Shown here piece by piece: positions 8,452-18,738 of a stretch of 64,000 bases of DNA. The translations under genes and the position numbers were made by a program. The first letter of the stretch is position 1. Each line of letters starts with the position of its first letter. The stretch is from positions 186,001-250,000 of IMG/VR virus record IMGVR_UViG_3300025133_009608. One strand, given 5' to 3'. The notes beneath the pieces are model-generated. The model saw only the letters and a list, made by a program, of their open reading frames with translations. It was not told the origin of the DNA and did no database searches.

Positions 8452-9054
8452 TCAGCTTCTTTTGGCAATAAGATTGAGGTTCCTTACTCCCTTCTGGCTC
8501 CATATACACCCGGAGGCCGCGTCCCATGGATAATACCAGTTGTACTCCATCCTCATGCTCGGCAAATATGGGCAAATTTCTATTCCAGAATATTCCGTGG
8601 CAACTTCTTTCCAGTCTATTGGGTTGTGGTGATCCCCTCTTTTTATAGGGACAGAGAAGTGCCAGTAAAAGGTTTTCAGGTCATCTTCATTCGCAATGCG
8701 CAATACAGATTCTGATAACTCTAGTTCGTAAATATAATTTATCTTTTCTCTATACTTAGAAAGCCCCGACTCTGCGAACTCCAGCCACTCTGTTCCGCAT
8801 CCGTACCAAAGGCCGTTTGGCTTCGCAAAGACCACTGGAGAGGAGGGCTGATCAGACTCTGAAATTCTGACTATCTCACTTCTAGATAAAATTATTTTAG
8901 AATACGAGGACAGGTCAACTCCGAACATCGAAGCTTCGCCCTCTTCCGAGGTGGATCCGGACTTGCGGATCGATATGAGTGGAGCCGCGGCCTGTATGGG
9001 TCCGGCTTCGATGACCGCCCTGTGCAGATTGGCTATTTTATTAAAACGACTCAT
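8452..9054 (-). CDS. Conserved viral hypothetical protein with N-terminal tag
   Basis: KPNGLW...IDW...YSGIEI...WDAASGCIW pattern. Confidence 0.65.
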   Translation of the reverse strand: MSRFNKIANLHRAVIEAGPIQAAAPLISIRKSGSTSEEGEASMFGVDLSSYSKIILSRSEIVRISESDQPSSPVVFAKPNGLWYGCGTEWLEFAESGLSKYREKINYIYELELSESVLRIANEDDLKTFYWHFSVPIKRGDHHNPIDWKEVATEYSGIEICPYLPSMRMEYNWYYPWDAASGCIWSQKGVRNLNLIAKRS

Positions 9055-9119
9055 AATATGTGTACCACTCCCCTTATTTTTATATTTGGGCCTCTTGGTC
9101 CATTTTATCCAATTATTCG

Positions 9120-9764
9120 TTATGAGTCAATCAGGTCATGCGGTCCCGGTTGTCTTCCGTAGGGTCCATCAAGCCATCGCCTGTCGCTCCGCGCAGGCAC
9201 TCTTTCCATTGCTTTAAGTTCTGCGTGCCAGTCTTCAACAACTGGCTGCGCAGGCACTCTTTCCATTGCTATATCAACCGGCTCGATACGTTCCTCGAAG
9301 CTGACCGGCTCAGAATGGAGTCTTTCGTATTCTCTTCTCCCATTGGCAAGTCCCCTATTCCATATGCTTAATAGCTCTGAGTCCCTCCTTAGTCTCGGCG
9401 AGGCTTTGGGTCGAACACCACCGGCAGCAGCCCTGAACGCATAAAGATAATGCCCAAGCTGGCGGCCCTCTAGTCCTATATGTGGATCGTATGGAAGCGC
9501 CGCCAGGGCTTGGGCCGAGTACATATGCCTCCCGCCCCTGGGACTGGGAGTTATGTTTGTCATATCGACTCGGTCCCAACCCTCCTCGTAAAGTTCTTGC
9601 TCCTCCCCGTATTCATCGTCCCGACGAGAGTCCTCATCCCACAGCCCATCACTCGAACCGAAATCTTTAGTTGCTTTCTTTATAACCGCGTCCAAGTAAT
9701 CCGCTTCTTTCACAAGCCCCCTCTCGTCTAAATGGGTAGCTAATTTTATTAGTTCTATGATCAT
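9120..9764 (-). CDS. Hypothetical protein with N-terminal helical tag (likely start MIIEL at 9764)
   Basis: GGAG RBS; LIKLATHLDERGLVKEADYLDAVIKKA; internal 23-bp duplication at 9191-9213 and 9248-9270. Confidence 0.65.
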   Translation of the reverse strand: MIIELIKLATHLDERGLVKEADYLDAVIKKATKDFGSSDGLWDEDSRRDDEYGEEQELYEEGWDRVDMTNITPSPRGGRHMYSAQALAALPYDPHIGLEGRQLGHYLYAFRAAAGGVRPKASPRLRRDSELLSIWNRGLANGRREYERLHSEPVSFEERIEPVDIAMERVPAQPVVEDWHAELKAMERVPARSDRRWLDGPYGRQPGPHDLIDS

Positions 9765-9828
9765 CTCGCCTTCTCCGCTTAATTGTGCTATCTGGTGACT
9801 TATATTTAATAATATATATTGCAATATA

Positions 9829-10545
9829 TTATTGAATATTAGCAGTATTCACTCGAGCTCTCGACTCTGCTCTGATCTTGGCAATGTTAAAGTCATGTTT
9901 CGCCTGAATATCTGCCCTTTTGGTAAGAGATGAGCCGTCTTCCCTGATCCAGGAGTAGTGGTAAAGAACCTCATGAATATAGTGAATGGGATATTTTTCG
10001 GAAATTCTCGTCCACATATCATAATCTTCGCTGATCCAATATTCTTCATTAAACCCACCGAGCTCTTCCATCACATCTCTTCTTATTGTAGTAGAGCAAG
10101 AGGCAACAAAATTTTGTCTCATCATCTTGTGCCAGTCGATCTTGATCGGACCTTTATAAAATGGCTTCATAAGTCTCTTTCGATCAACAAGAATCTGGTA
10201 GTTGCCACAGGTCATTCCTATCTCTGGATGCTTTTTAAATTCGTCCAGAGAGAGACGCAACTTGTCTGACCTCCAGAGATCATCAGCATCAAGCAGGGAG
10301 ATGTATGGAGCGTCCGAAGCTTTTATCGCTATGTTCCTCGAAGCCGCAGGCCCAAGGTTTTTATCATTTCTAATATAAGTGATGTTATTATATTTCTTAG
10401 TTATCTTTTCAACGTCTTCTTGGGAATGGTCATCAACCACAATGATATTTATCTTATTGTGGGATTGGCCCAAGGCGCTTTGGATCGCCTCATCTAAAAA
10501 TGTCCCGGGGTTGTAGGCCGGGATTATAACATCTACGTAATCCAT
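9829..10545 (-). CDS. Glycosyltransferase family 2
   Basis: VIIPAYN, VVDDHS, NLGPAASRN, LDADD, SEDYDMW. Confidence 0.9.
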   Translation of the reverse strand: MDYVDVIIPAYNPGTFLDEAIQSALGQSHNKINIIVVDDHSQEDVEKITKKYNNITYIRNDKNLGPAASRNIAIKASDAPYISLLDADDLWRSDKLRLSLDEFKKHPEIGMTCGNYQILVDRKRLMKPFYKGPIKIDWHKMMRQNFVASCSTTIRRDVMEELGGFNEEYWISEDYDMWTRISEKYPIHYIHEVLYHYSWIREDGSSLTKRADIQAKHDFNIAKIRAESRARVNTANIQ

Positions 10546-10625
10546 TTGGATATTCTACTGTGCCGCACGAAGCTTTATGCGACTAATCTGTTTCCACCCT
10601 GGAAAAGCGAACATTGTGCCCGGCA

Positions 10626-11864
10626 CTACGCTAACGCCTCCCGCTCTGATGAGTTCAATACCCTGTGGCCAGAGGGAACGGAATTCATCAGAGCTGGCGC
10701 TCTGGATAGTTCCTGATCCGCATACGCGGCCCAGCCCGGCTCCTTTTGGGCGCGGCCTCCCCAGTGCTTTCTTGCGTACAATTCATTGAACGCCTCAGCC
10801 CCATTAGCTCTCGCCCTACGCGCGCCATTGACTGCGCCCATACCGCCATACCACCTCAGAGCAACTTCCCACCAGTTCCCTAGCTGCCCATAGTACTGGC
10901 AGAGCTTGTATCTAGCGACATGGTCTTGATTATGAGGAGTATTCTCGGCTCCCGCCTCAAGTCCGGACTGAGCAGCCCAAGTCGCCCAGTTGGATTCAAG
11001 GATTTGATACCGCCCCCTTGCCATTGTACCGCGGTTGAGAGCATTATAGTCGCCGCTACTCTCCTGTCCTGCAACTGCTTCCATAAACAATTCGAGCTCG
11101 CCCGACGGGCAACTGTGTGATGCCGGGTTTTCGAGCGGGGCCGCGGGCTGAGCCGCTTGCTGGTGTCTGTCTGCCGCAAGTGCAGCGCCCTCCAGCAGGC
11201 CGAGTAGATACACTTTTCTAGTTACTCCGAATCTAGGAACGTTTCCGAAATACTCATTATCATTTAGCTCCGCAATAAGACCATTGACCAAGCTCAGCAC
11301 ATCGGCATCAACGCCTCCAAAGGTAATGCCGTCCTCCAATCTTTGAATTATCTCTTTGACCTCTCTCCTTGCAGGCTCCCAGGGCTTTTGACTTCCGTCG
11401 GAATTCCACAAGATATCTCCCGCAGCGGTAAGAGGGCCGGCCATTCTCCCGGGAGCTTCAGGTGCTGGTTCAGGTGCTGGTTCAGGTGCTGGTTCAGGTG
11501 CTGGCTCAGGTGCTGGCTCAGGGGCTGGCAGAGTATCATTGCCGGAAAGGGGGAAGTTATCCCACAGGTCCTGAACACTTTTTAATCTTTTATAAGCACG
11601 CGTTCCCTCTCCGTATGTTCTTCCGATCCCATTTCCGCTCTTTGTTCGAAGAACCTCAAATGTATCCGATTCATAGTAGTACCTGAAGGCATAAGGCTTA
11701 TGCCCGTTTCCATTAGATCTTGGCTGCCAGAAGTCTATGTAATCAGCACTTGCCATTCGGATAATTAAATCCGCCTCTAGCGTGTTACCACTTCTTCTTA
11801 AATGTTTTGCTAAAATATTAATTTTTCTTTTAATAATATAATTCATGATACTAATTCTGCCCAT
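10626..11864 (-). CDS. Tagged modular protein with C-terminal lysozyme-like/transglycosylase domain
   Basis: QESSGDYNALN...ARGRYQI...W...QD; PAPE linker; N-half paralogous to 19169..20404. Confidence 0.7.
   Translation of the reverse strand: MGRISIMNYIIKRKINILAKHLRRSGNTLEADLIIRMASADYIDFWQPRSNGNGHKPYAFRYYYESDTFEVLRTKSGNGIGRTYGEGTRAYKRLKSVQDLWDNFPLSGNDTLPAPEPAPEPAPEPAPEPAPEPAPEAPGRMAGPLTAAGDILWNSDGSQKPWEPARREVKEIIQRLEDGITFGGVDADVLSLVNGLIAELNDNEYFGNVPRFGVTRKVYLLGLLEGAALAADRHQQAAQPAAPLENPASHSCPSGELELFMEAVAGQESSGDYNALNRGTMARGRYQILESNWATWAAQSGLEAGAENTPHNQDHVARYKLCQYYGQLGNWWEVALRWYGGMGAVNGARRARANGAEAFNELYARKHWGGRAQKEPGWAAYADQELSRAPALMNSVPSGHRVLNSSEREALA
11457..11528. repeat. 12-bp tandem repeat x6 encoding a (PAPE)n linker
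   Basis: (T/C)TCAGGTGCTGG units. Confidence 0.9.
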
Positions 11865-11957
11865 TCTGCGCCCGCATGGATGATATGTTGCTATTATACT
11901 AGAATAATTAGCAGGGATTTTATTCTAAAATATAAATGAGCATAACCCTGATAATCA

Positions 11958-12710
11958 TTAATCTTCGATATCAAAAAATACGAACCCCCCAGGCCCCTCG
12001 CGGAGCCCAAGGTTGTGATAAGAAATATCACTTGCAAGGTCTAGATCTAAAAGAAGAAGATAGTCCTCTACGAGGCGATGCACCCAGTCTTTCGTCAGGC
12101 TGCCAGATAAATGTTCGTTTATCACTCCAACGCTAGAGGCGGCAATGTCGTCATTTAAAATAAAATTCACAACTTCGTTAGTAATCAGCAGGTCATCTAT
12201 ATACATTAATTGCGATATTTTCTCTGGAATTAATCCAAAATTACTATCTATCAAAAAATCTATTGATGAAAAAAGCTTACTAGACTCATCCTGGCTCAGT
12301 CCAATGGAGTATGTGGTTTCATTTTTTAACAATTCCATAAATCTATATTTGAACATGTATCCGGGAAAAGTCGAGCCACTTAGAGACCCCTCGGAATACA
12401 CTCTAAGCCCATTTCCTGCAATTCTTGGGAGTGCGATATTGTCGCCTGAGCGACAGACTCCCGGGGTCTTATGGGCACTTATTTTGAGGGCAATAGACCC
12501 AACTCTATATACGATCCCAGAGGTTCCCGAGCCAATCTCGGCCGGAGCCTCTGAGAATGAAGATAAGAATGAAATATTATCTATAATAAAACTTTTTGTA
12601 TTCCACCATACATTTCCAATCCACTCATGGCATTCGACCTCAGAGAGTGGCCTGAAAGACTGATTGATGCAAACGTTTTTTTCAAGCATTAGGCTGCCCT
12701 TGGGCTTCAA
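11958..12710 (-). CDS. Protein-kinase-like protein
   Basis: IGSGTSGIVY Gly-loop, ALK lysine, DISYHN catalytic loop, FFD. Confidence 0.6.
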   Translation of the reverse strand: MKPKGSLMLEKNVCINQSFRPLSEVECHEWIGNVWWNTKSFIIDNISFLSSFSEAPAEIGSGTSGIVYRVGSIALKISAHKTPGVCRSGDNIALPRIAGNGLRVYSEGSLSGSTFPGYMFKYRFMELLKNETTYSIGLSQDESSKLFSSIDFLIDSNFGLIPEKISQLMYIDDLLITNEVVNFILNDDIAASSVGVINEHLSGSLTKDWVHRLVEDYLLLLDLDLASDISYHNLGLREGPGGFVFFDIED

Positions 12711-13145
12711 TTAAATATTATCGAGAAGCGCTGCGACTAGTCTTTTTCGTGCTCGCGGCCTAATCTTGCTTTTTTGCGCAATAGAACTAAGCTTTTTTAA
12801 AGAATTTTTTCTTGATTCTCTGGCCTCTGCAATCGGCTGAAATATAGGGAGAGGCAAGTCGCCTGGAGGCCCCATTTTTACAAGCTCCTTCTCATGCCCA
12901 AGCGCCGGCTTGGTAACTGGGTTGCCACCCTCATCTAGCAGCCCTTCCGTGTATCGGTCGAGAAATTGTTCTTTATCCCACTCTACCGTTTCTTCTTCGT
13001 GGTTTATGGTTAAGAGCCCAACTATAGAGTTGAGCTTGACCCTTGGCTCTTCAGGCCCGTCAATTATATCTTTAATGACCTCAATCACAATATCTTCCTG
13101 ACCCCTATCGACAGTCAGTTCTGACCATAAATTCTCTTTGCCCAT
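12711..13145 (-). CDS. Hypothetical protein
   Basis: 144-aa ORF with GGAGG RBS. Confidence 0.6.
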   Translation of the reverse strand: MGKENLWSELTVDRGQEDIVIEVIKDIIDGPEEPRVKLNSIVGLLTINHEEETVEWDKEQFLDRYTEGLLDEGGNPVTKPALGHEKELVKMGPPGDLPLPIFQPIAEARESRKNSLKKLSSIAQKSKIRPRARKRLVAALLDNI

Positions 13146-13189
13146 CCGAAAGCCTCCGCGCTTACGTTATTATAATATATTACTATTTT

Positions 13190-13918
13190 TTAGAGAGAAT
13201 CTAGGATTTCAGATACATTATCTATATCGTCCTTAAGAACAAAGGTTACCCAAACTATATCTTCTGTAAGCTGGGGAACTATAAACTCATTTACATCAAC
13301 GGCCATTACCAGCCCTACCAGCCTACCCCTGCGATCAAATACCCCAGAGCCGCTTGAGCCGGGCCACGCATACGAATTCATTATCGCCACCGTATTGCCC
13401 TGCTCAAAGCCGGTGATGACTCCGTATACAAAAAGCCTGTCGTGAAATGCGGGATATCCAGTATAAAAAACTCGCTCTCCCAGCAGATCGTCCAAATCAA
13501 GCCGAGTCCTGCGGAGGGTTACTGGAGATGTTCCTTCCATTTCTGGTATCAAAATTGCTGCAAAATCGCTTTCAGCATTTCTATATATAACAGAACCAAC
13601 TGTGGAGTCGCTCCCTCTGCCGTTTATAAGAAAAATATCAGAACCAGCAACAACGTGAGCTGCAGTTATAACAATATGATGATCACCTATAGCAAAATAC
13701 GTCCCAGACCCATGCCCCCGGTTCTCCATATCAATAACTTTTACTGCAGCATCTCTGCTTTTTGACTCTGCTCTAGACAGAGACGCCTGTTCCGCAGAGG
13801 CCGAGCCCACATTTTCTGCCGTCACGCTCTCTGCGAGTACTGCCTCTGCTCCGCAAATATGGAGGTAAGAGGCTATCGCTATAATTACCCCTATCGCTAT
13901 ATATATAAAATTTTTCAC
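13190..13918 (-). CDS. Trypsin-like (S1) serine protease with N-terminal TM/signal
   Basis: TAAHV, D, PGSSGSG catalytic triad motifs; GTG start overlaps the upstream stop. Confidence 0.85.
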   Translation of the reverse strand: MKNFIYIAIGVIIAIASYLHICGAEAVLAESVTAENVGSASAEQASLSRAESKSRDAAVKVIDMENRGHGSGTYFAIGDHHIVITAAHVVAGSDIFLINGRGSDSTVGSVIYRNAESDFAAILIPEMEGTSPVTLRRTRLDLDDLLGERVFYTGYPAFHDRLFVYGVITGFEQGNTVAIMNSYAWPGSSGSGVFDRRGRLVGLVMAVDVNEFIVPQLTEDIVWVTFVLKDDIDNVSEILDSL

Positions 13919-14244
13919 TATCCCACTACCTTCGTGTACCAAATCATCGCTGCCATCAGAAATTGTACTACCGCGAAGATCGTAACCGCCTTTGTCTTAA
14001 ATAGGTTAAGGTCAGAAACATGCTCGCTAAGCTCCTTTAGTTGAGTTGGAGATAAAACTTCGTCAATTTTTGATTTCCATATCCTTAGCTCATCGACCCT
14101 GTCTTCTTTCGCCTTTAGCTCTACAATTTCTTCTTTTAATTCTTGAATCTGCTTGTTCAGCGCTGCCATTCCATCAGACAGGCTACTGAGCTCATTAAGA
14201 ACAAGCCTCGAGTATTCTCCCCAGCCATTTTTATCCTCTGGCAT
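13918..14244 (-). CDS. Coiled-coil protein with C-terminal TM helix
   Basis: Heptad pattern and hydrophobic C-terminus; AGGAGGAG RBS. Confidence 0.6.
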   Translation of the reverse strand: MPEDKNGWGEYSRLVLNELSSLSDGMAALNKQIQELKEEIVELKAKEDRVDELRIWKSKIDEVLSPTQLKELSEHVSDLNLFKTKAVTIFAVVQFLMAAMIWYTKVVG

Positions 14245-14315
14245 AGCTCCTCCTTTAAATATTAGACTGCCTTTGTGTATTATGTAGTTATCAATAATAG
14301 TTATTAAAAATTGTG

Positions 14316-14882
14316 TTATTGATTTCTAGTGTCTTCTATGAGCATTCTTATATATTCTGAGCCAAACCCTTTCAGGGAAGCGTTTAGTGTCATATCTTTT
14401 GTTATAAAAAAGAATGTCGGCCAGGACGTAAGCGGCCATGCTTCAGTTCCTATTAGGTCGCGACTTCCCGCAAGAACCGGGGCAGATGTTATTCCAAATC
14501 TATCCGCCCATTCTTTGCAGTCCTCTTCCGACGGGGGAAGCCCCTCGTCTGTTTCGATCAATATCGTTACATATACCAGATCACTATTTGCATCTTGGGT
14601 GCTCTGAACCTCTGCCGCTGCAGATTGGCATGGCGGACACCACTCTGCGCTAAAATCTAGTATTATAATCTTCCCAAAGTTGTCATAAAGGGAGAACAAA
14701 TCGCCATTTTGGTCTGCAAGCTCAACATTACAGGGGTGGTCCCCAATCTCCTGCGAGCAGCTGTCCCAAGTTATCGGAGAGGGGGGAGACGAGTCGCCAT
14801 TGTCCGATACAACTACGTTGCTCGGGCCGCAAGCCGTCATAAAAAAAATAAATGAAATAATAAATCTAAACATTAGTCGCAC
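14316..14882 (-). CDS. Thioredoxin-fold (TlpA/redoxin) lipoprotein
   Basis: DFSAEWCPPC, WPT; lipobox MTAC. Confidence 0.85.
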   Translation of the reverse strand: MRLMFRFIISFIFFMTACGPSNVVVSDNGDSSPPSPITWDSCSQEIGDHPCNVELADQNGDLFSLYDNFGKIIILDFSAEWCPPCQSAAAEVQSTQDANSDLVYVTILIETDEGLPPSEEDCKEWADRFGITSAPVLAGSRDLIGTEAWPLTSWPTFFFITKDMTLNASLKGFGSEYIRMLIEDTRNQ

Positions 14883-16477
14883 TCTCCTATTACTGCGTAG
14901 TTAATATCTATAGAGCTGCCGTCCGGCGGTGCGGAGCCGAATATAATACTGTTAATCGAGGAATCAAATATCCAGTCGGTAGAGGCAATTCCATCGACGG
15001 TAACCTCTATCGTTTCCTCTATTGGGGTCTTGGATAGGGCGAATATAATTCCGGCCAGAGAGTCCCTAGCCAGGCCCTCCATCGTTACGCTCCAATCATT
15101 TGCGCAAATTGACATTGATGTTCCGCCGAGATCCATCGTTACATCGTAGTATCCAGAGCCAAATTGTGCGCCGCCATTAGAGGTGCAGCCAGATGGATAG
15201 TCTCCGATTATAGAGTGTGCAACGATCATGCTTGATGATGTCTTCGTAGACAAAAGATGAGCGGAGTAATCCGATGAGGACATTGAAGAGCTAGACGCTG
15301 AGTGATCCGGCTCGTCCGATACATAAACTATAACCATTTTTGCGTCGGCCCTAAAAAATCCGGTCGAACTCCCCGTTGCGGCATCGCCCCCTGGAGACGT
15401 TGCAAGAAAAGACTCAAAAAGCCCCTTCTCCGTTGGGCTTCCTGAGTATCCAATTGTATCTACTTGGTCTTCAAAGTCAGATATGGGATCCGTTGATGCA
15501 GAGGTTATAATCGGCCCAACAAAGTCGGGGGAGTCCGTTGTTATAAGGGCCAGATGATAGTCCACCCCCGCCGCCGAGAATACGCTTATAAAGTTAGAAA
15601 AGTTATTCTTCAAGTTCGTCTGATTCGAACTCATTGAGCCGGAGTTATCCACAACAAATAATATGTCCACATTGACCAGGCCTTCTTGGGTAAAGCTATC
15701 AGTTATCCAATCTTTATACTCTCCAATGGCCTCATGTGCCGACTCCACTACCGGCGTTGCCGGATCATTGGAATCCACCTGGACATACGCCGAGTCACTG
15801 AGTCCATCTATTGGAATATAATCTATATCCAGAAAGATGTAATCTCCAGGAATAATAGTTATAGGAAGTGGGCCATATTCTCCGGTATAGTTTCCTAGAA
15901 AGAAATCATTCGGAATTGTTGCATAATATTGTAAATCGTAAATTATTAAATTAGAATTTCCAAGATTTCCTACTATAATTTCCAGCTGCTCTTCGCAGCC
16001 AAGATATACGCTTCCCATGTCATAATTTTCTGGGTCTATATATATCACCGGGGCATCGCCGGTTCCATCCAGAGTTATTTCGACTATTGGCTCGTCCATA
16101 TCGTTAGACGCAACGCTCAGGGTGTCAAGATTGGTCTCAAACGTCTGCGGAGAATATGTAATGATAACATCAAAAGAGCCTCCCGGCTCAATCTCGGCGG
16201 GCCCCAAGTAAGAAAAAGAAAACGTTGAAAAACTATTGCTTAGATACATATCATTAATGTCTAAGTTATCGTTTCCTATGTTTTTTATTGAGACTATGGC
16301 GTCTAAGGATTCGCTCCCCGCGCTCAAGGACCCGAAAGAATGCTCGGTCGGAGTGACTTCTATTTCTGGGGCAAGAATTCCCGGCTCAAGCTCTTCTACA
16401 ATTGGAGATATTTTATAATCACTACATCCGGCTATAGATGCGAGTAATAATATTTTATATAAAAACATCATAACCAA
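14873..16477 (-). CDS. Lipoprotein with Ig-like domains and a vWA domain
   Basis: Lipobox IAGC; two Ig-like repeats; DILFVVDNSGSM MIDAS; VSDEPD. Confidence 0.8.
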   Translation of the reverse strand: MVMMFLYKILLLASIAGCSDYKISPIVEELEPGILAPEIEVTPTEHSFGSLSAGSESLDAIVSIKNIGNDNLDINDMYLSNSFSTFSFSYLGPAEIEPGGSFDVIITYSPQTFETNLDTLSVASNDMDEPIVEITLDGTGDAPVIYIDPENYDMGSVYLGCEEQLEIIVGNLGNSNLIIYDLQYYATIPNDFFLGNYTGEYGPLPITIIPGDYIFLDIDYIPIDGLSDSAYVQVDSNDPATPVVESAHEAIGEYKDWITDSFTQEGLVNVDILFVVDNSGSMSSNQTNLKNNFSNFISVFSAAGVDYHLALITTDSPDFVGPIITSASTDPISDFEDQVDTIGYSGSPTEKGLFESFLATSPGGDAATGSSTGFFRADAKMVIVYVSDEPDHSASSSSMSSSDYSAHLLSTKTSSSMIVAHSIIGDYPSGCTSNGGAQFGSGYYDVTMDLGGTSMSICANDWSVTMEGLARDSLAGIIFALSKTPIEETIEVTVDGIASTDWIFDSSINSIIFGSAPPDGSSIDINYAVIGECD

Positions 16478-17336
16478 CCTCTATGTAGGATCCGTAATCT
16501 GGTGTAAAGTTAAAAATAACAGAATTAGATCCTTCTGAATACTCCCATCTATCCGTCTTTTCTCCATCTATATAGGCGACAATAGAGCTAATAACTGGGG
16601 CCGGATCAGACAGGGCTATGGAGTCGATTCGCTGCGTTAGGAACGACGACTCAGACAACCATACAGACCAGGCCTCTCCACATATATCTATTGCCGATTT
16701 TCCATATATATTTGCAATTTCTATATATTTATATCCGACATCATTTGAGAATGATGAAAAGCACAGGCTATTTTCAATTTGCGTGATGGAAACCACATCA
16801 TGTCGCGTCGACGGAGTTATGCTATACAGCCATTCGGAAAAAATACTTGCAGAGATTCCACTTTGCTCATCTTCATCCGATATTAAAAATAGTAACAAAT
16901 CAGACTCTTCCCTGATAAAGCCCGCTCCATCTTCAGATGTCAGAAAAGAATATGTAGCCATAAACCCGGCCTCTCCGTTCGCCGGAGGCAGCGTGCTCGG
17001 TGCTACTAACATGTCAATGGCGGATGAGCTGCTATCGTAAATTCCAGAAAATCCAAGATTCTGACCGTCTGCCGTTATAAAGCCAAAGTGGTACTCCGAG
17101 GTTAGCCCCTCTATATCGACTCGCAACTCTTCCATTCCAGTTCCGATACTATCAAAGTTGTCGGACATAGAGCCGGAAGTGTCAATGACCACAAGAATAT
17201 CTATTTTTCCAATCCTATCAATCTGCCTCACCGAGTCTACTACGACTCTGGTCTCTTTTCTGTCGGTCATGGCTATATCACTGCTGCATCCAGTCATAAG
17301 GATGAATAACGACAGTAATTTATTTACCAAGCTCAT
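16455..17336 (-). CDS. vWA-domain lipoprotein
   Basis: Lipobox MTGC; DILVVIDTSGSM; ISDEDEQS; paralogous to the C-half of the neighbouring gene. Confidence 0.8.
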   Translation of the reverse strand: MSLVNKLLSLFILMTGCSSDIAMTDRKETRVVVDSVRQIDRIGKIDILVVIDTSGSMSDNFDSIGTGMEELRVDIEGLTSEYHFGFITADGQNLGFSGIYDSSSSAIDMLVAPSTLPPANGEAGFMATYSFLTSEDGAGFIREESDLLLFLISDEDEQSGISASIFSEWLYSITPSTRHDVVSITQIENSLCFSSFSNDVGYKYIEIANIYGKSAIDICGEAWSVWLSESSFLTQRIDSIALSDPAPVISSIVAYIDGEKTDRWEYSEGSNSVIFNFTPDYGSYIEVGYDVFI

Positions 17337-17431
17337 TCTCCGCCTCCAAGCTGGGCTATCACAATCAGGATTACCAGTATATATAAAAATATTAACTGTT
17401 TTAAGCTGTGCGAAGAATTAGATGGCTGAAT

Positions 17432-18640
17432 TTATTCTATTTCATATTGCCCAACATCTATCACCACAAGGTCGCCTATATCTCCATGACTATTTTTTTC
17501 AATTCTTTGCATAATGTTATTTGCATGCAAGTCATTCCATAAGATTCCAGCGCTTTTTAGCTCCATTATCGCAGAAAACAAAGATCGAGTTTCTGGTGCA
17601 TATTCTTCAAAATATAAAAACCCCTCCTCTTGGCCATCGTATGACTCCCTTGGAGGGAAGACTCCGTCACGCGGCTTATTGTACTTTGGAAGAGGTCTTT
17701 TTGGAGATGAAAAATATTTATTTAATGATATTATGTAATGCTTTATAAAAATTTCCACCAAATCTTTGGACCCATAAAAATCTGAAAATGATGCCCGAAT
17801 ATTATTAGATATAAGTTCGGATTCAGAATGGACATCTTCTATAGATATCACTCCCTTGAATATATCAGACTCTAAATTCGTTGTCACAAATGATACCTTT
17901 GTTGCAAATTTCAAGAATGAAGCAATGCCATCCTGCTCTTCTTCTGTTTCGCTTGCGGACTTAACGACAGAAACCAGCGCATCGCCCATGGCTCTTATGA
18001 GGGCTTTGTGGATAAATTCTTCATCTTTCTTCTTATCGCTGGTCTTATCACTCCTTCCTCTTAAGAGGTTATTTATTTCCGCAGAATAGGGGCCTAGCTT
18101 TTCCATTATAATTACCGTTCCAAGGAGAGAGTGTGACCTTCCGGCTCTACTTTCAGAGCTGACCTTATTCATATCTATAATAGCTTTTATCTCTGGGAGG
18201 TGCCTTTTTGCATTTGCACTTATATTGGAGTTTTTTATCTTCCGCCAAACAGCGGGCTCCGGATCTGTTGTATCAACAATTTTTGCGATCGATGGGCCGT
18301 TTTGATATAACACTTCAAATATATCTCCATATTTTGACTTTATATGATGACCCTCTGTTGCGTTTACTCCGCCAATATATTTAATCGGAATTATGCCGTG
18401 CCCCCTTAGGCCTTCTTCCTTTGCTCTGATCGCCTCTTGGCGCCGCAATTGGGCCTGATAAATATCAGCTTCTCGCCTCGCCTCAGCTCGATCTCTTTGC
18501 TCTTGGGTTGGCTCTCTATAGGGAATTACACGAGTGGCGTCGATGCCAGCAGTCGCGATTAGCCAATATTTGTGAATTAACCCCGGGGTGAGAGCTTGCT
18601 TTAATAATTCTGATATTTTATTTATTCTAATTTTATTCAT
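17432..18640 (-). CDS. Protein-kinase-like protein with N-terminal tag
   Basis: IAKI, IIMEKL, DLHANNIM, VVIDVG. Confidence 0.7.
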   Translation of the reverse strand: MNKIRINKISELLKQALTPGLIHKYWLIATAGIDATRVIPYREPTQEQRDRAEARREADIYQAQLRRQEAIRAKEEGLRGHGIIPIKYIGGVNATEGHHIKSKYGDIFEVLYQNGPSIAKIVDTTDPEPAVWRKIKNSNISANAKRHLPEIKAIIDMNKVSSESRAGRSHSLLGTVIIMEKLGPYSAEINNLLRGRSDKTSDKKKDEEFIHKALIRAMGDALVSVVKSASETEEEQDGIASFLKFATKVSFVTTNLESDIFKGVISIEDVHSESELISNNIRASFSDFYGSKDLVEIFIKHYIISLNKYFSSPKRPLPKYNKPRDGVFPPRESYDGQEEGFLYFEEYAPETRSLFSAIMELKSAGILWNDLHANNIMQRIEKNSHGDIGDLVVIDVGQYEIE

Positions 18641-18682
18641 GATTTTGTAGATTATTTTACTAAAGGCCGCAACTATGTTCTC

Positions 18683-18696
18683 AACTATTAATAGTT
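18683..18696. promoter_or_regulatory. Palindromic putative late-promoter motif between divergent genes
   Basis: AACTATTAATAGTT is a perfect palindrome giving CTATTAAT on both strands. Confidence 0.45.
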
Positions 18697-18738
18697 AATA
18701 ATAAACTATAATAACCCATTAAATCCTGGAGAAAGAAA

